This document shows positions 51,736 to 63,639 of a DNA stretch of 64,000 nt, piece by piece. Position 1 is the first letter of the stretch, and each line of letters starts with the position of its first letter. The notes below the pieces were generated by a model, which ran no database searches, was not told the DNA's origin, and saw nothing but the letters and a program-made list of their open reading frames with translations. The position numbers were made by a program, and so were the translations under genes. The DNA comes from Moniliella sp. 'wahieum' (taxonomy: Eukaryota): the NCBI GenBank assembly GCA_003971905.1, contig RSEE01000079.1, positions 248,001 to 312,000 of the forward strand, read 5' to 3'.

Positions 51736-53762
51736 CTAGCTTAGCCCCTCCAGGTTGTACACGTCGTTGGGATCAAGCATGGGTCCATGGTCAGGTTCGT
51801 TGTCCACCTCAGTACGGGTCTCTTCTTGGTTCCCTGGAGAGTTCGAAGTGTCCTCCAACACCGATTGGAAGGCTTGCACTCGCTCCAATAGTTCGGAAAG
51901 GGAGTTGGACTCATTGTCTGTCGGGGCAGGCAGCGAAGGTTCAGGCTTGGAATCGTTTCCACTCGGGAAAATGGGACCAGGCGGAGCAGGGAAGAACCCA
52001 TGCCAAATGGCCTTCCCTCTCCTCCCAGACCAAGACCGATCAACTCAGGTACCAACGTCGTGGAAACGCGTCCAACAGCAGATTGTCCGCGGTGGTCACC
52101 CGCTTCAGCACGAGGTGGAGGCATGCTCATCGTTGTTCGTGCCCGACTCGTCGGACACTTGAGAGGGAGCATAACCCCAGCGAGCGTCGGACTGAGGGGG
52201 ATGCGTGGGGGGAAGAGATTGCCCATGAGGCGGTGCAGGGAAGTGGCTGGGCTGATTTCGAGAATCCGGTGGCATCCCATCAAGCGCCATGGGAGGCAAC
52301 CGGCGTGCGAGGTAGGCGACCATATTTTCGTGCATGAACTTTCTGATCGTGGCCATTTGTACTTGCATCTGAAGGTATGTGTCGACCAGAGTGCCTTGCT
52401 CCGCAAGAGTGGCTAGGTCAAGCATACCCATGGCAGGGGGATTGGTGGCCTGGAAGGGCAGGGCATTTGGCTCGGCAAGACGGGTTCACTGGAGAAAGAG
52501 CCACGGGCATACTAATGCCGGGAGGGGAGTCCGGAGCAAACGAAAACGATTGAAGTTGTGTTTGCGCCTCTGCCGAGGCTAGTGCATCGAGGGGACCGAA
52601 GGGTTGCTGAGTTTGTGCCTCAAGATGAGATTGGCCAGGGCCAGGGGGGCAGGATGGGGCAGGTGAGTGGCTTGTGCTTGGGCAGACAAGGCTGCAGCTG
52701 CTCGGGCGGGGCTGGGGGGCCATTGCAGTGGATCGTCCGAGAAGGCCGAGTGAGGAGACGGGCTGAAGGAATGGCCATGGTCTACACCAAGAGCCGTCGG
52801 GGGCACAGATGCCCGCGATAACGAACTCCATGTTGTGGTGTGACTTCGGGACGATGTGAGAGAGGAATTTGAGGGGACCCGGACCAGGCTCCTATCACGC
52901 TTCTGTCCCAGGCCAAGGGCACCGTGGTTTTGAGGACCGAGAGGCGACGGTTGGCGCCGAGTTGAAGCGCCGAATTCACCGGGGACAAGGCCCTTGGGCA
53001 TTACCGAATCATCTGTAGACAGCTGTGGCGGCATGTCAACACGGCCATCCTTGATTGATGCCGATTTGCTCTTGCGAGAAGTTTTGCCTGTTGAGGAACG
53101 GCGAGCAAACTTGGCGCACCTCTCACACTTGGCTGTTTCGGTGCATGTCATGCAGGCTGTCGAGAGGAGGGTGAGCACGGTTAGTTCATCTGGCCGCGGA
53201 ACCAGTAAGCGTATGTGCACTAGGAGAACATACCCTTGTGTTTGCGTAGCATCTCCGCTGCCTGGCTGCCTTCGGGCATCTGGTCCTTGTGCAGGCGCGC
53301 ATGGCGCACAAGGGAATCGTGCCGGCTGAACGTCTTATCGCAGCAAGGGCACTCGAAGGGACGGTATCCACGTGGCGGTACTCATGGCGTTGGAGGTGGA
53401 GGAGCCGTGCAAAGGAGCGATTGCACTCTCTACACACGAACTGACGCTCGCCTGTACCGGCACAAGAGCCAGCAGCAGGGGGGGGGGGTCGCTGCCAGGA
53501 GCCGAGATGCTACTGGTGCTGGCGCTGGCACCAGCCAGGCTGGCGCGGCGGAGCGATGCCGACGAGCCACGGCGGGCGGCGGAGCCGACAAGGGAGGAGC
53601 GGCGGGGGCAGGGGGGCTGAGGTTGGAAAGGAGCATCGGCCGAATCAGCCGGGGAGGCGAGAAAATGCGGTGGAATGTGGTTCGCGTCCAGTGCGCCGAG
53701 CAGCACGGAGCGGCTGGGGACATGGGTGAGACGGGCGGGGCGGAAGGGATGTGAGTGTCCAT
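51736..53762 (-). CDS. C2H2 zinc-finger transcription factor (two fingers plus a CxxC-x5-CxxC segment); frameshifted, 3' end approximate
   Basis: CRECNRSFARLLHLQRHEYRH, linker RPFECPCCDKTFSR and HDSLVRHARLH. Intron gtatgt..ctaac..acag at about 53157-53233, then CMTCTETAKCERC and a Ser/Pro-rich tail. Confidence 0.75.
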
Positions 53763-54304
53763 GGAGGACAGCAGGGCAGGGCGAGAGAGGAGAGGGGATG
53801 GTGATGGTGGGGGTGGGGGTGGGGTGGGGCGCACGGAGGCGGGAGCAGACGCTGGCGTCGGCTGGGCCTGGGCTGCCTAAGGCCTGCTAGCGAACCACTA
53901 ATCAAATCCAGCGTGAACCTGCGCTTCACGCCGCAAGCTTCAACTTGAGCCGGAACCCGTCCGGCCCCCGGGCGATCAAAATCCGCGCCAGCATGAAAGG
54001 CGCAGGACACTGGCGCCGGGCGGGCGGTATTAACGCGGCCAACGCGAGGCGGCATGCATGCAGCAGCAGCAGCGCCGCAGCGCCAGTGTGCAGCCCTGTG
54101 CCCGCACAGCGCTACAACCGGCATCGAGTAACCGTAAACGCGCAACGCACACCCTCGCGCAGCCCCAGATCCCCCATCGTGCCTCGTGCTCTGCGGCAAC
54201 ATCCATCAGCGATCCCGCGACCACATCCCCCGGGCTGCGCCTCGAAAAGCTCCTCTGCGCCCCCCGCAGCTTCCGAGGGAGACACGCCTGGTGCACCGCG
54301 CTCT

Positions 54305-55700
54305 AGCTGAGCGATGATCGCCGATGCTGATGCTTAATGCATGATGCATGATGCTGCACACCAGCGTGGTGCGTTGCCAGGTGTTGCCACTCTGCGAAAG
54401 TACAGTGTTGTCCTGTGCCAGCATGCAGCGCTGCAGCACGACTACCAGCCAATGATCGATCACACACCATGCATTACCTTGCGTTGCCTTGGCTTGGCTG
54501 GCTTGGCTGGTGGCACCGAGCATCATGCATCACTCGAGTGTGGGAAATCTGTGAGATCTGAAAGCACTGATCAACGATTGGGGAAGCCACAGCCATGTGC
54601 TCAGGCCTCAGGCTCAGTGCCTCAGGCTCAGTCGCTCAGCGCTCAGGCGCTCAGGGCTTCAGGCGCAAGGTTAGACGGCACCTCTCACACTGGGATTTCA
54701 ACTACTAGCCCAGGCTAGCCCAGTGCCAGTCCCCAAGCTGCAGCCTTGCAGGTGGCGCAACCCAGCAGTGTGTCTGTCGGCGGGCCAGAGCACACCAGAG
54801 CTTTTTGCAGGCAAGGGGCGCACGCCACATCTGCCACACAAAAACACTCTCTCACTTTGAAATTTGATCTCAGATCTCAGATCATCGAGATCATCGATCA
54901 TCTCAGATCTCAGATCTCACTAGCCACTGGCGCTGCCAGCCACCCGCGCGCCCGCAGCCCGCCACTTTGCGTCTGGCCCAGGGACAAGGCCCAATATAAA
55001 ACCTAATCGACTAATCCATCTTGCAACACCCGTATTTCTCGGTTGAACCAGATGGCCCCTCGAGGGTTGTTGAACTTGAGCGTACCTTGAACGCTCCTTG
55101 AAGCTTGAATATTGAGCAGCTTGAATGTTGGAACGCTCAAGTTGAGTGCTCAGGCTGAGCCGCGCAAACGTTGGACCGCCGCGAACAGGTGGAGCTGGTG
55201 CTGGTCGTGTGGCACTACTATTGCGCCGTGGCACAGAGCACTCTCCGATCTCCTGACTGCGAGAGGGCCGGCCAGGGAGCCGTGGCCTCACCGGTGACCA
55301 GGGTAACTAAATGGTGCGGTCGCAATGATTTATGAGCGCTTGAGCGGGGGTACACTCGTTGCGAGTAGAACGTGGAGCGAAGAACGCAGCGGTGGCGACT
55401 AGTTGAATGGTGACTAGGTGGCTGCTAAAATTTAAAAGGTCACCGGTCAGTGACCAGTTACATGTTACATGTTACATGTGACAGTGACTGCATGATGCAT
55501 GACGCAATGACGCGTGACCGCGTGACCTCCCCGGAGTAGGGTCTGAGATCTGAAGGATCGATCTAAGATCTAAAGTGACATGCATGACAGTGACCGGTGA
55601 CCGGTGACCCTGAAGCCTGGAGCTTGAAGCTTGAAGCTTGAAGCTTCAAGCCTCAGGTCAGGCCTCACATGTCACATGTCACAGCGAGGCCTGAGCGGAA
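54305..55700. repeat. Densest series of mosaic heptamer clusters
   Basis: (tgatgca)n, (tcaggcc/tcagcgc), (tcagatc)n, (ttacatg)3, (tgaccgg)2, (tgaagct)3-tca and (tcacatg)2. Confidence 0.9.
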
Positions 55701-56381
55701 TTGCGGCCACCAACCACATCCATTCGGCAACTCTGACGCCGGTGGCTTGGCACCCAGCATCCCCAACAGCATCCCCTCAGTGCCCTCTAATTATTGTGGC
55801 TACAACAGCTCAGGACCGGGGTGCGGAAGCACAGGAACAGTGTCTGCCCAAGTGGCCATCAGTCCTCTGCATGCCTCGCTCAGCACTCTGGTAGCACATC
55901 CGACCATCGCTGGTGCCGGTGAGCCGAGCGGAGAAGAAAGGCCGGAGGCGCTGGGGGGGCATCAGGTGCATCAGGCCTTGGCCTTATTAGACCGTAGGAA
56001 CTTTCCGTCGCAGCGAGCACAGTAAGATTGTTCCAGCAGAATAGGCCATTTCTCGGGTTGTGACATGTGATCGGTCATAGATCTGTTTGGTGTGTATAGC
56101 CCGTTGTGGCAACTTGAAGCTTGAAGTTTGATGCGCGGGACCACCGGACCCTTCTGGGCTATTTCGATTTCAACGCTGGCGAAGAATCGCCAGATATAGC
56201 CAAAATGCTATCGGTTGAACGTTGAACCTCAACAACGCTCAACCAACTCGTTGAAGGTTGAGGCCGTTGAACGTTGAGGTTTGTCCGTTGACATCAACGT
56301 TTACCGTCAACGCAACGGTTGAGGACATTGAGGCGTTTCTGAGCCACCCGGTGGCTCGTGCTTTGGCCAATGTCCCTGTAT

Positions 56382-57244
56382 TGTCACGGGGCGGGCCCAC
56401 CAGGGGGCACACCCGGGGTTTGGGGGTAATACGATCCCTTAGGCGACGGTAGCCGTCGACTCACGGTAGTTTCGGGCTCAGGCTAGTTGGTGAATCCGAG
56501 CGGAGATAGGGACGAGGAGAGGCCTTTGGTGGGGCGGCTGCACGTGTGGCAAGGCTGCGTCTGCACCGGCTTGGGCCGTAGTAACGTGTCTGAAGCCTCC
56601 GGGACTTAGGGACGGGAGGGCAGGCAGAGGGGGACAAACACTGCCTCGACTGAGACTGAATAGATACTGGAAATCGACGCGGCCAAAGGAGGGCTCGCGC
56701 GACTGGACTGACGGATTGCTGGAGGACGAGGTCGGAGGAAAAGTCACGCTAACAAGAAGAGGCTGCCTGTACTGGATCAATTGGCTGGAAAACGGGCAGG
56801 AGTCGGACAGGATAGGCGGGAAAGGACGAGAATGGAGGGTAGACGAGAATGGAAGGTGGGGGAAAGGATCCCCATCAACCACAGGGGTACAGGCAAGATC
56901 AAAAGGGAAACGGATACAAGAGGGGTTAGAAATGAAAAGACACGTCAAAGCGGGTTGGTGGTCGCAGGCGCGACCGAAAGGAAAAGGAAACAGGGACGGA
57001 GCCGACAGAGTCGTCGCAACGACACTGGAAGCTCAGTGGCCTTATTTAGGTCAGCCGTCTTGGACTTAATAGGCGGGGGCGCCTATTGTCGCGCGGACGC
57101 ATGGCCCTTCGGACCAAGGTACCTAATTTAGCCAACCATCATCACACTTGGTTTTGGCCTGCGGAGCGCGCTCTACTGGGCATGTGCAGAGCAGGCGGGC
57201 CTTGGCTTGGGTCGGGCCGTCTCGGGTCCACCGCAGCCGTAACA
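56382..57244 (-). mobile_element. Probable solo LTR (family B, about 860 bp)
   Basis: Termini TGTCACGG...CCGTAACA (8-bp imperfect inverted repeat). The end segment tacccc.aaaccccgggtgt.ccccct..tgaca is shared in reverse with 59437-59472. No matching TSD. Confidence 0.5.
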
Positions 57245-59121
57245 CATTTCCTCCTCAGGCCTAGGAGTTCCGTTTTCTTCTCTCTCCTGTTTTTCCTTTT
57301 GTAGTTGGGCAGCTTAGCCCCTGGTGGAGACTCGCTGTTTGATGTTCCTCTTTACTATGGCGTTGCTGGCTGGCTTAGTTCACACCACCACCAGTACGAT
57401 TGCATCACCCTCGAGGACCATCCGGACTCCAGGGCTCATCAGTTGATCAACCCCCGAAGTTTGAGGCTTGAACGGTTGAATCCAGGAAGGAGAGTATCGC
57501 AAGTAATTCACCGAAGGGAACCGGGCTTGGGCTATACCGGTGCCACTATACTACTACTATATACCCCCAGTGTTACTATATTATGGGGGTCTGATGCTGA
57601 GGCGGAACAAACTGTCTGGAGTCGTGAGGTGGAGAGGAAAGGGCGTGAGATGGATTTGTTGGTACATCGATGGAGACGGACTGGAGGTGTCTGCTATACC
57701 TCAGAAGGGGAAAAGGGGGCACAGCGAGAGATACACACAGGATCTCCCAACGGATATAGGAACCACGACATCGTGCCCATACGGGCCTACTAGTGGGCTA
57801 AGGGCCCCTGGCACGGAGCGATGAGTCTAACAGCTACCTCCGCATCAGTGCGAAATGATGAGAGCATCGGAGGGGGTGTTGCCAATGTGTGGGCGGATCC
57901 CTGTAACTAGAGTACAAATTGAAGCTGTGTATCCGTTACAAATACGAAGACAAGTGGGACCAAGCGCGCCAGGACTACATAAGAGCCTGGAACACCTCAG
58001 TACGAGAGAAAGTATGTGACGGACGGCAAAGGGAAGAGGTACTAAAAACATGTCAACACATATATTGTGTGCTACACTACTTAGTTAGTCGGTCGCTTTG
58101 TGCTTCGTTATAAAACCGACAGGCCGGTCGACTCTTCCGCGTCTGTGGGCGATAGTTTTTTTCAACACACCTTTTATAATTGGCGTAGACAATGATCCGG
58201 CTATACGTTCTTGTCCCTAGTATATACAGTCCGGTTCATGCACGTTCATGATATGTATAGTTTCTGACTATTCTCCTCGTTCTGTTGAACTGTGGGCTCC
58301 CGTTAGCCCGCCTTCACTTTTCCGAAGTTGTAAGCCAAAACTTTTGCTCCAAAACGGCCAGTGCCCGTACAATATTGTCGCACTTTTTTCTTATTTGTTA
58401 CGCGAGGAACGGGGGGGCACGCACAGAACTGTGTTTCATTGGAGAACAAGCTGGTCCTCTGGTTGTCCATGAGCTCGAGACACTTATGGAGGTTGGCATT
58501 GAGAAAAAAACGAAGTGTAGTTGAACGCATTGCAGTGATGCTCAACCAACACATTGGGACCATCCGCCTCATGGTTGAGGTTCTTGAATAGATCTTGCCA
58601 ACACTCCTCTTCTATATCACAATGTCGATGATCCTCGCCCTCAGCCTTCCGACCAACAGCTGAACCGTGGTAAAAAACCGGTGTAAACTCTTTTCCACAC
58701 CGTGCGGATGAGAGTCTGTTGTATCAACGAAATTGTGGTGATAACTGAAAGGATAGCCGCCTCACATGCGTGAGGCAGAGCTTATACAGGTACTATGCAC
58801 GGACGGCCGCATCTACCTAGTTATATATACGGAAGTACTGGAAAATGTGTGCTATTAGTATTTTCACGCTGCCTTAATCTGTTGTGTGGACTGCGTGACA
58901 TTGTGACACCTAAGGCTGGCCTAATCCGACGCCACACAAGTGATTTGTTAGGACGGGTTTCCTTTGCTGATAGTCCCAATAACTGAGGAACAGTTGAAAA
59001 AATCATCCTGGTCTCTGTGTCTACATGTGTTGTTGGGGCGAACCGTGAAATGATTAAGAGATACTGTGAATTTCCCCGGATTTTCCCCAAGGGAGAGCAA
59101 CCCCTCCAACTATGTATCGGT

Positions 59122-59472
59122 TGTGACGGGCGAACGCTGGCTGACGAGCCGGCAGAGCGCGCCGATCCCCTGTCCAGTCCTCAGGCTCTTGTATTCGTGC
59201 GAGCTAACGTTGGGAGGCAGGCCAACGGAGCTCTTACCCTCGCCCAAGTCCCAGAAGAGGCGAACATTGGCTGGCGGGCCAACAGCGCCTCTACCTCCTC
59301 CGTTTCCCTGCTCCCAAGATGGCTTTGGCTCGCACCCCCGACGTTCGAAGGAAGGAGGGGCGTGCCGAGCATCCAAGTACCCAATCCCTGTTCCAAGTCT
59401 GGTCTGCCGTGAGTAAACTTTAGGATCTCCAAGGCATTGTACCCCTAAACCCCCGGGTGTCCCCCTTTGACA
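59122..59472 (+). mobile_element. Probable solo LTR (family B-related, 351 bp)
   Basis: TGTGACGG...TTTGACA termini, flanks TCGGT and TAGGT (4/5 TSD match), and three degenerate internal repeats aac(g/a)ttgg..gcc. Confidence 0.6.
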
Positions 59473-59871
59473 TAGGTTCTCTTGTCTGGGATTCATGCCT
59501 AGAGAAACTCCTGATTCCCATTGTGCCTGACCCCGGCTTTCTCATTGTGCTGTTGTACCAATAATGGTATTATGGTCTCCTCTCATCAGCACCACATTTA
59601 CCCAATAACTGTTCCAGAGATAGTGTGTGCCCGCCCCCTCCATACACTATGCAGGGCATTATTTTTTCCCTCCAAGACTCATCAGAGTCCGGCCTCATGG
59701 ACAACCAAATCTCTATTCTGTAACCATATCATTGACAGAGCATAAGGCTGGTACAAAGAGACGTTGAGACTAAACCGATCCGTTCATCGAACCGGCGAGT
59801 GTTGCTTGTTAATAGCGCCAACCCCATTTAGAGAACCAAGGGAAGACCCTCAGGCCTGAGCCTCAGGTGCT

Positions 59872-60267
59872 AAAAGAGACCACCCTTTTACTTGACGTAA
59901 AATCTGACGGCAGCATGCCACCTGGCACCTTTAGTGCACCCGCATGCAGTGTATGGCTGAGAAAATTCCTCCAGCGTGGAACGGTGGACCGGTGAACGGT
60001 CGCTACAGTGGCGATGATGGAACCATCGCTCACGTACCCACTCTGTTCTTCTCTCCGTCTCCCTCCCCCCCTCTATCTACCAGTCCGTTGAGGACTCCGC
60101 TGAATGAACGGCACCTAGCACTTCCCCTAATAGCCCGCGGTGGCGACGGTAGCGACGACGGAACCGTGGAACAGTGGTGGCCACGGTGGCAACCGTGGCC
60201 CGCGCCCAGCACAACAAGCTGGGACGAAGCCCCAGCAGACCGGGCCGTAGGCCCGGTGGCCTCCTAG
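59872..60267 (+). mobile_element. Non-autonomous Helitron, 5' end truncated
   Basis: Shares aaaattcctccagcgtggaac and gaagccccagc with the 1544 copy. Ends with hairpin ACCGGGCCGTAGGCCCGGT-ggcctc-CTAG|T. Confidence 0.8.
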
Positions 60268-61396
60268 TATATATTTTTCAGGCCTCTAAGGCCTCACTCA
60301 TCCTAAACTGACGAAGGATTCTCCTCCACACCCTCTTCCTTAAAAAAACTTCATGGAGAATTGCCGATTGCCATTCTTCCACTGCAGCACGTCTTTTTGA
60401 CGGTCATTATTCCTCTCTGGTGTCCCTTTTTGTTGCTACCACCCGACCCACTGTTGCAATGGTGACTAGATTCACCGGTCCCGTTAAGCTCTTTCGGCCT
60501 CACAGCCTCCGAGGCTCCGCGGGCTCCGAAGTTTGGTAGCCCGTGTGTATAGCCTGGTAAGCTAGCGACCAATATAGTAGTTGTTCTGGAGTCCTACTCT
60601 CGTCCTCCCGTTTGCCACCAAAAAGTCCCCATCTCTGACCCGCAATCGGTCGTCTAATAATAAACACTGTCCTATACGCTCAGCATTCATTGCGGTCTCC
60701 ATTATCCGAGCGAGTGGATCGGGACGTCGCTGCACCTCTGTGTGATCTTCATTCTTATTCTTCCGCATATCGACAGCAATATCTTGACCCCTCGCTGAGC
60801 AGATAATCGATCATTCTCGCATACAGACGGCCATGACATGCATGACATGATTGAGGCATGATGCACATGATAATGCATGAATGTGAACGTCAAAATACTT
60901 GGACCACATCATTTTATGCGCCTCTCAACAGGATTATGTTATAGTAACTTTTGGCTGTTCAAAGTAATGCGTTCTCCCGACTCGTTTACCTGCAGCCTTC
61001 ATTCCCTTACGCCACCATGCATAAATCTCGCTGATGATGCACTGATGCAGGGTGTAAGAAAACCACCGATGAAAGTAATAAAACCTGCAGAGAGCCGTCA
61101 TCGCGTCATAATCGATTCGATCTCCCTCATTCCGGCCTCATTCCTCTGCTCGCTCGCGCACTCAGGCCTGTGCCTCAGGCCTCATCCCGATCGTTAACAA
61201 CCAGAATAGGGCATCCAACAGCAACGATGGCTAAGTAGTTTATACGAATCCGTACAACATTTGTAAAACGGATAGGAGAGGGAGCATATGGCACGAATGC
61301 TAGCAAGAAATGTGTTCTCATATGTGTTGGTATTAATAGAAAAGGTCAGTTTCTTTTCCGAAAACAAAAATGGGATAACATGGTCGAAACATGGTT

Positions 61397-61511
61397 CATA
61401 GCTAATCGAAATGCTGGTTACAAGGTTCGGATAGATATGTGAGTACTACGTACAAAATTCAAGGTGGGCAAGGCCCACAAGATTGTGCGCAAGAAATTTC
61501 GATTAGCTATG
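61397..61511. mobile_element. MITE copy 1 (115 bp, 16-bp TIR)
   Basis: Perfect TIR CATAGCTAATCGAAAT...ATTTCGATTAGCTATG, near-identical to 63338-63454. TSD not evident. Confidence 0.8.
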
Positions 61512-62675
61512 AGTTATGATCCCTCCCCCCCTCCCGGTGCCTTCATCAACATCCCATAGTACCCGCCTCCATCATGCATCACTTTCGCCTTCACCCCTTT
61601 CGATCAGCTCATGTCGCCCTTCCCCGTGTTTCATTTCGAGCATGTTAAACACGGTCTTCCTTTCGGTAACCGGTAAACGGTAAACGCCATTAGTATGCAG
61701 TACTTGCAATACCGTCACACGTCATGCATCATGTGCGACATGTGACATCACACGTCACTGTCCCTGGTCATTTATTTCCATCACACGGCGCGGTGGTGGT
61801 TCCGCATATATCACGCCACGACGAGAAATGTCATTAAGGTCGGGTGAAATACAAAGCCAAGAATTGTGGACTGCAAGTGATGGTTGAAAGCGCATTCCAG
61901 CATGTGTCGGACTATAATACAGTAGACGCGCATAACCCTACTAATTGTATTGTCCACATCTGAGGCCAACATTGGCTGTCATTTTATTTACTTTTCGCTG
62001 CACCCGCGATTCTGGCAAATATCCACCGTCTTGCATTCGTGACAGGGAAACTCTGCGCTTACCAGAAGCGCCTGACCATTGGTGTCCTCGATCCTACAGG
62101 ATACCCCAACCTCCACAGACTGTTTCGGGCCTGTGATGCATGATGCATTGATGAAGCCTGAGGCCGACGGTGAGGCCGTGGGGTCTGGGGCCTGAGTCAT
62201 GTGACACAGTACTCCATAATATAATGCCACGCTATACGCACAAAAAAGTCAGGTGTCTACAGCTCCCGCGGTGGAAATCCATCTGGTATCTATAAACATC
62301 ATATTGCCTTCCGTCTATAGCTCCGATCAATCTTTAGTTCCGACACCGAAAAATGAGGATATGTCCTGGAAGCATGACATCTTGGGTACATGTGGCATGT
62401 GATATACGACTCTACTAACTAATATTCTACTTGAAGCTTGATTAGAAAGTACCAAGTATAGCGAAGTCACTAGTCACTAGTTGTTACTAGCCGTGGTTGC
62501 TATCACATGCCATTAAAAGCGTCATTGTGTGGGGAAACGACGACCAGTTACATGTTACGACAGCGGCCACCGTCAGGTAACGGTCGGCCTTTGGCCATAC
62601 TATCACTGGTATCACCATAGTTTGCATAATCACTATCATTTAATCTCGGATCCTCAGACTACACCTGCTGCACAG

Positions 62676-62906
62676 GACTTCAAGCTTCAAGCTTCAAGCT
62701 TCACAGTAACTAGTAACAGTTAAAATAGCCACAATGATAGTCAGGAGTTAGTCCAGCTTCAAGCTCTTCAAGCTTCCAGCCTCAAGGTAGTCAGTAGAGT
62801 CAGCGATATTTATTTTTGTCCCTGTTGAGAACGTGTTGAACTTCAAGCTTCAAGCTTCAAGCTTCAACGTTGAACGTTGAACGTTGACCCCCGTGACCGC
62901 GTGACC
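62676..62906. repeat. AAGCTT/AACGTT heptamer arrays with phase-preserving switch
   Basis: TCA at 62843, 62850, 62857 and 62864, then TGA at 62871, 62878 and 62885. The filler changes from agct to acgt without loss of phase. (tcaagct)3 also occurs near 62680. Confidence 0.9.
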
Positions 62907-63337
62907 CGGGGGCGGGTTACGCGTTGCGGGTTTTGCCTGCGGTATAAGATTACTTAAATTAACGTTTTTAACCCCAAAGCGACATGTGAGTCTCCGGTGC
63001 TTCCCTGAGCCCGAGGCCTGAGCTCTTGAGATCTGGTATGGCATTCGTGCATCATTAATCATTAATCATTTTTCATGCTCAAGACAGGGACAAAGAAAGG
63101 CTCTGCTCCTATTACCGGAGGGCTCACTCATCCGAGACGTGTGTGCTGCTATTATATCCTAGTTCGTGCCAGCTCCCAATCCACAGGAGAGACCAGCGAA
63201 TGAGTTCGGCCGCAGGTCTGGACCCTCTGGCTCCCGCCATTCGCTTCCAAACCGGATGTAGCGCGACCCCGTACGAATGAGCGTGGCACACATGTGCGCG
63301 ATCGATGAACTACATGATGAACCATAGTATATCTACA

Positions 63338-63454
63338 CATAGCTAATCGAAAATGCTGGTTACAAGGTTCGGGATAGATATGTGAGTACTACGTACAAAA
63401 TTCAAGGTGGGCAAGGCCCACAAGATTGTGCGCAAGAAATTTCGATTAGCTGTG
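63338..63454. mobile_element. MITE copy 2 (CMC/EnSpm-like termini)
   Basis: CATAGCTAATCGAAA...TTTCGATTAGCTGTG, flanked by CA on both sides (possible 2-bp TSD). Confidence 0.8.
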
Positions 63455-63639
63455 CAGGATCTGAGATCTGAAGTTGTTATAGCTGTAGTTAGTAGTTAGT
63501 GGTTGCTAGTTATTAGTTACTATAGTTACCCTAGTTACCCGAAGTACCACCACTATACTTCCTTTGGTAGCTATAGTTGGGTCTTAGGCGTTGGGAGGTC
63601 TGTGGCAAAGGCACCTGAGCCTGAGGGTGACCGGCGACA

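Noticed and set aside
2074..53762. Frameshifts in nearly all conserved genes read as mass pseudogenisation, programmed frameshifting or RNA editing
   Set aside because: The cases inspected are single missing bases in short runs (CDC42 gtgttgat for gtgtttgat; MLH1 atcaccga for atcaaccga), amino acids are conserved on both sides, and essential genes are affected. This pattern is typical of long-read error, and short-read polishing would settle it.
55395..55700. Synthetic polylinker or vector contamination (many HindIII, SpeI, AgeI, MluI, BglII and StuI sites)
   Set aside because: The sites are dispersed across the window, degenerate, tandemly phased and restricted to A....T hexamers, and one is interrupted by an LTR with a TSD. 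No vector backbone is present.
58695..58745. Hammerhead-like cggatgag...cgaaa
   Set aside because: The core is CGGATGA rather than CTGANGA, and stems II and III cannot be built convincingly.
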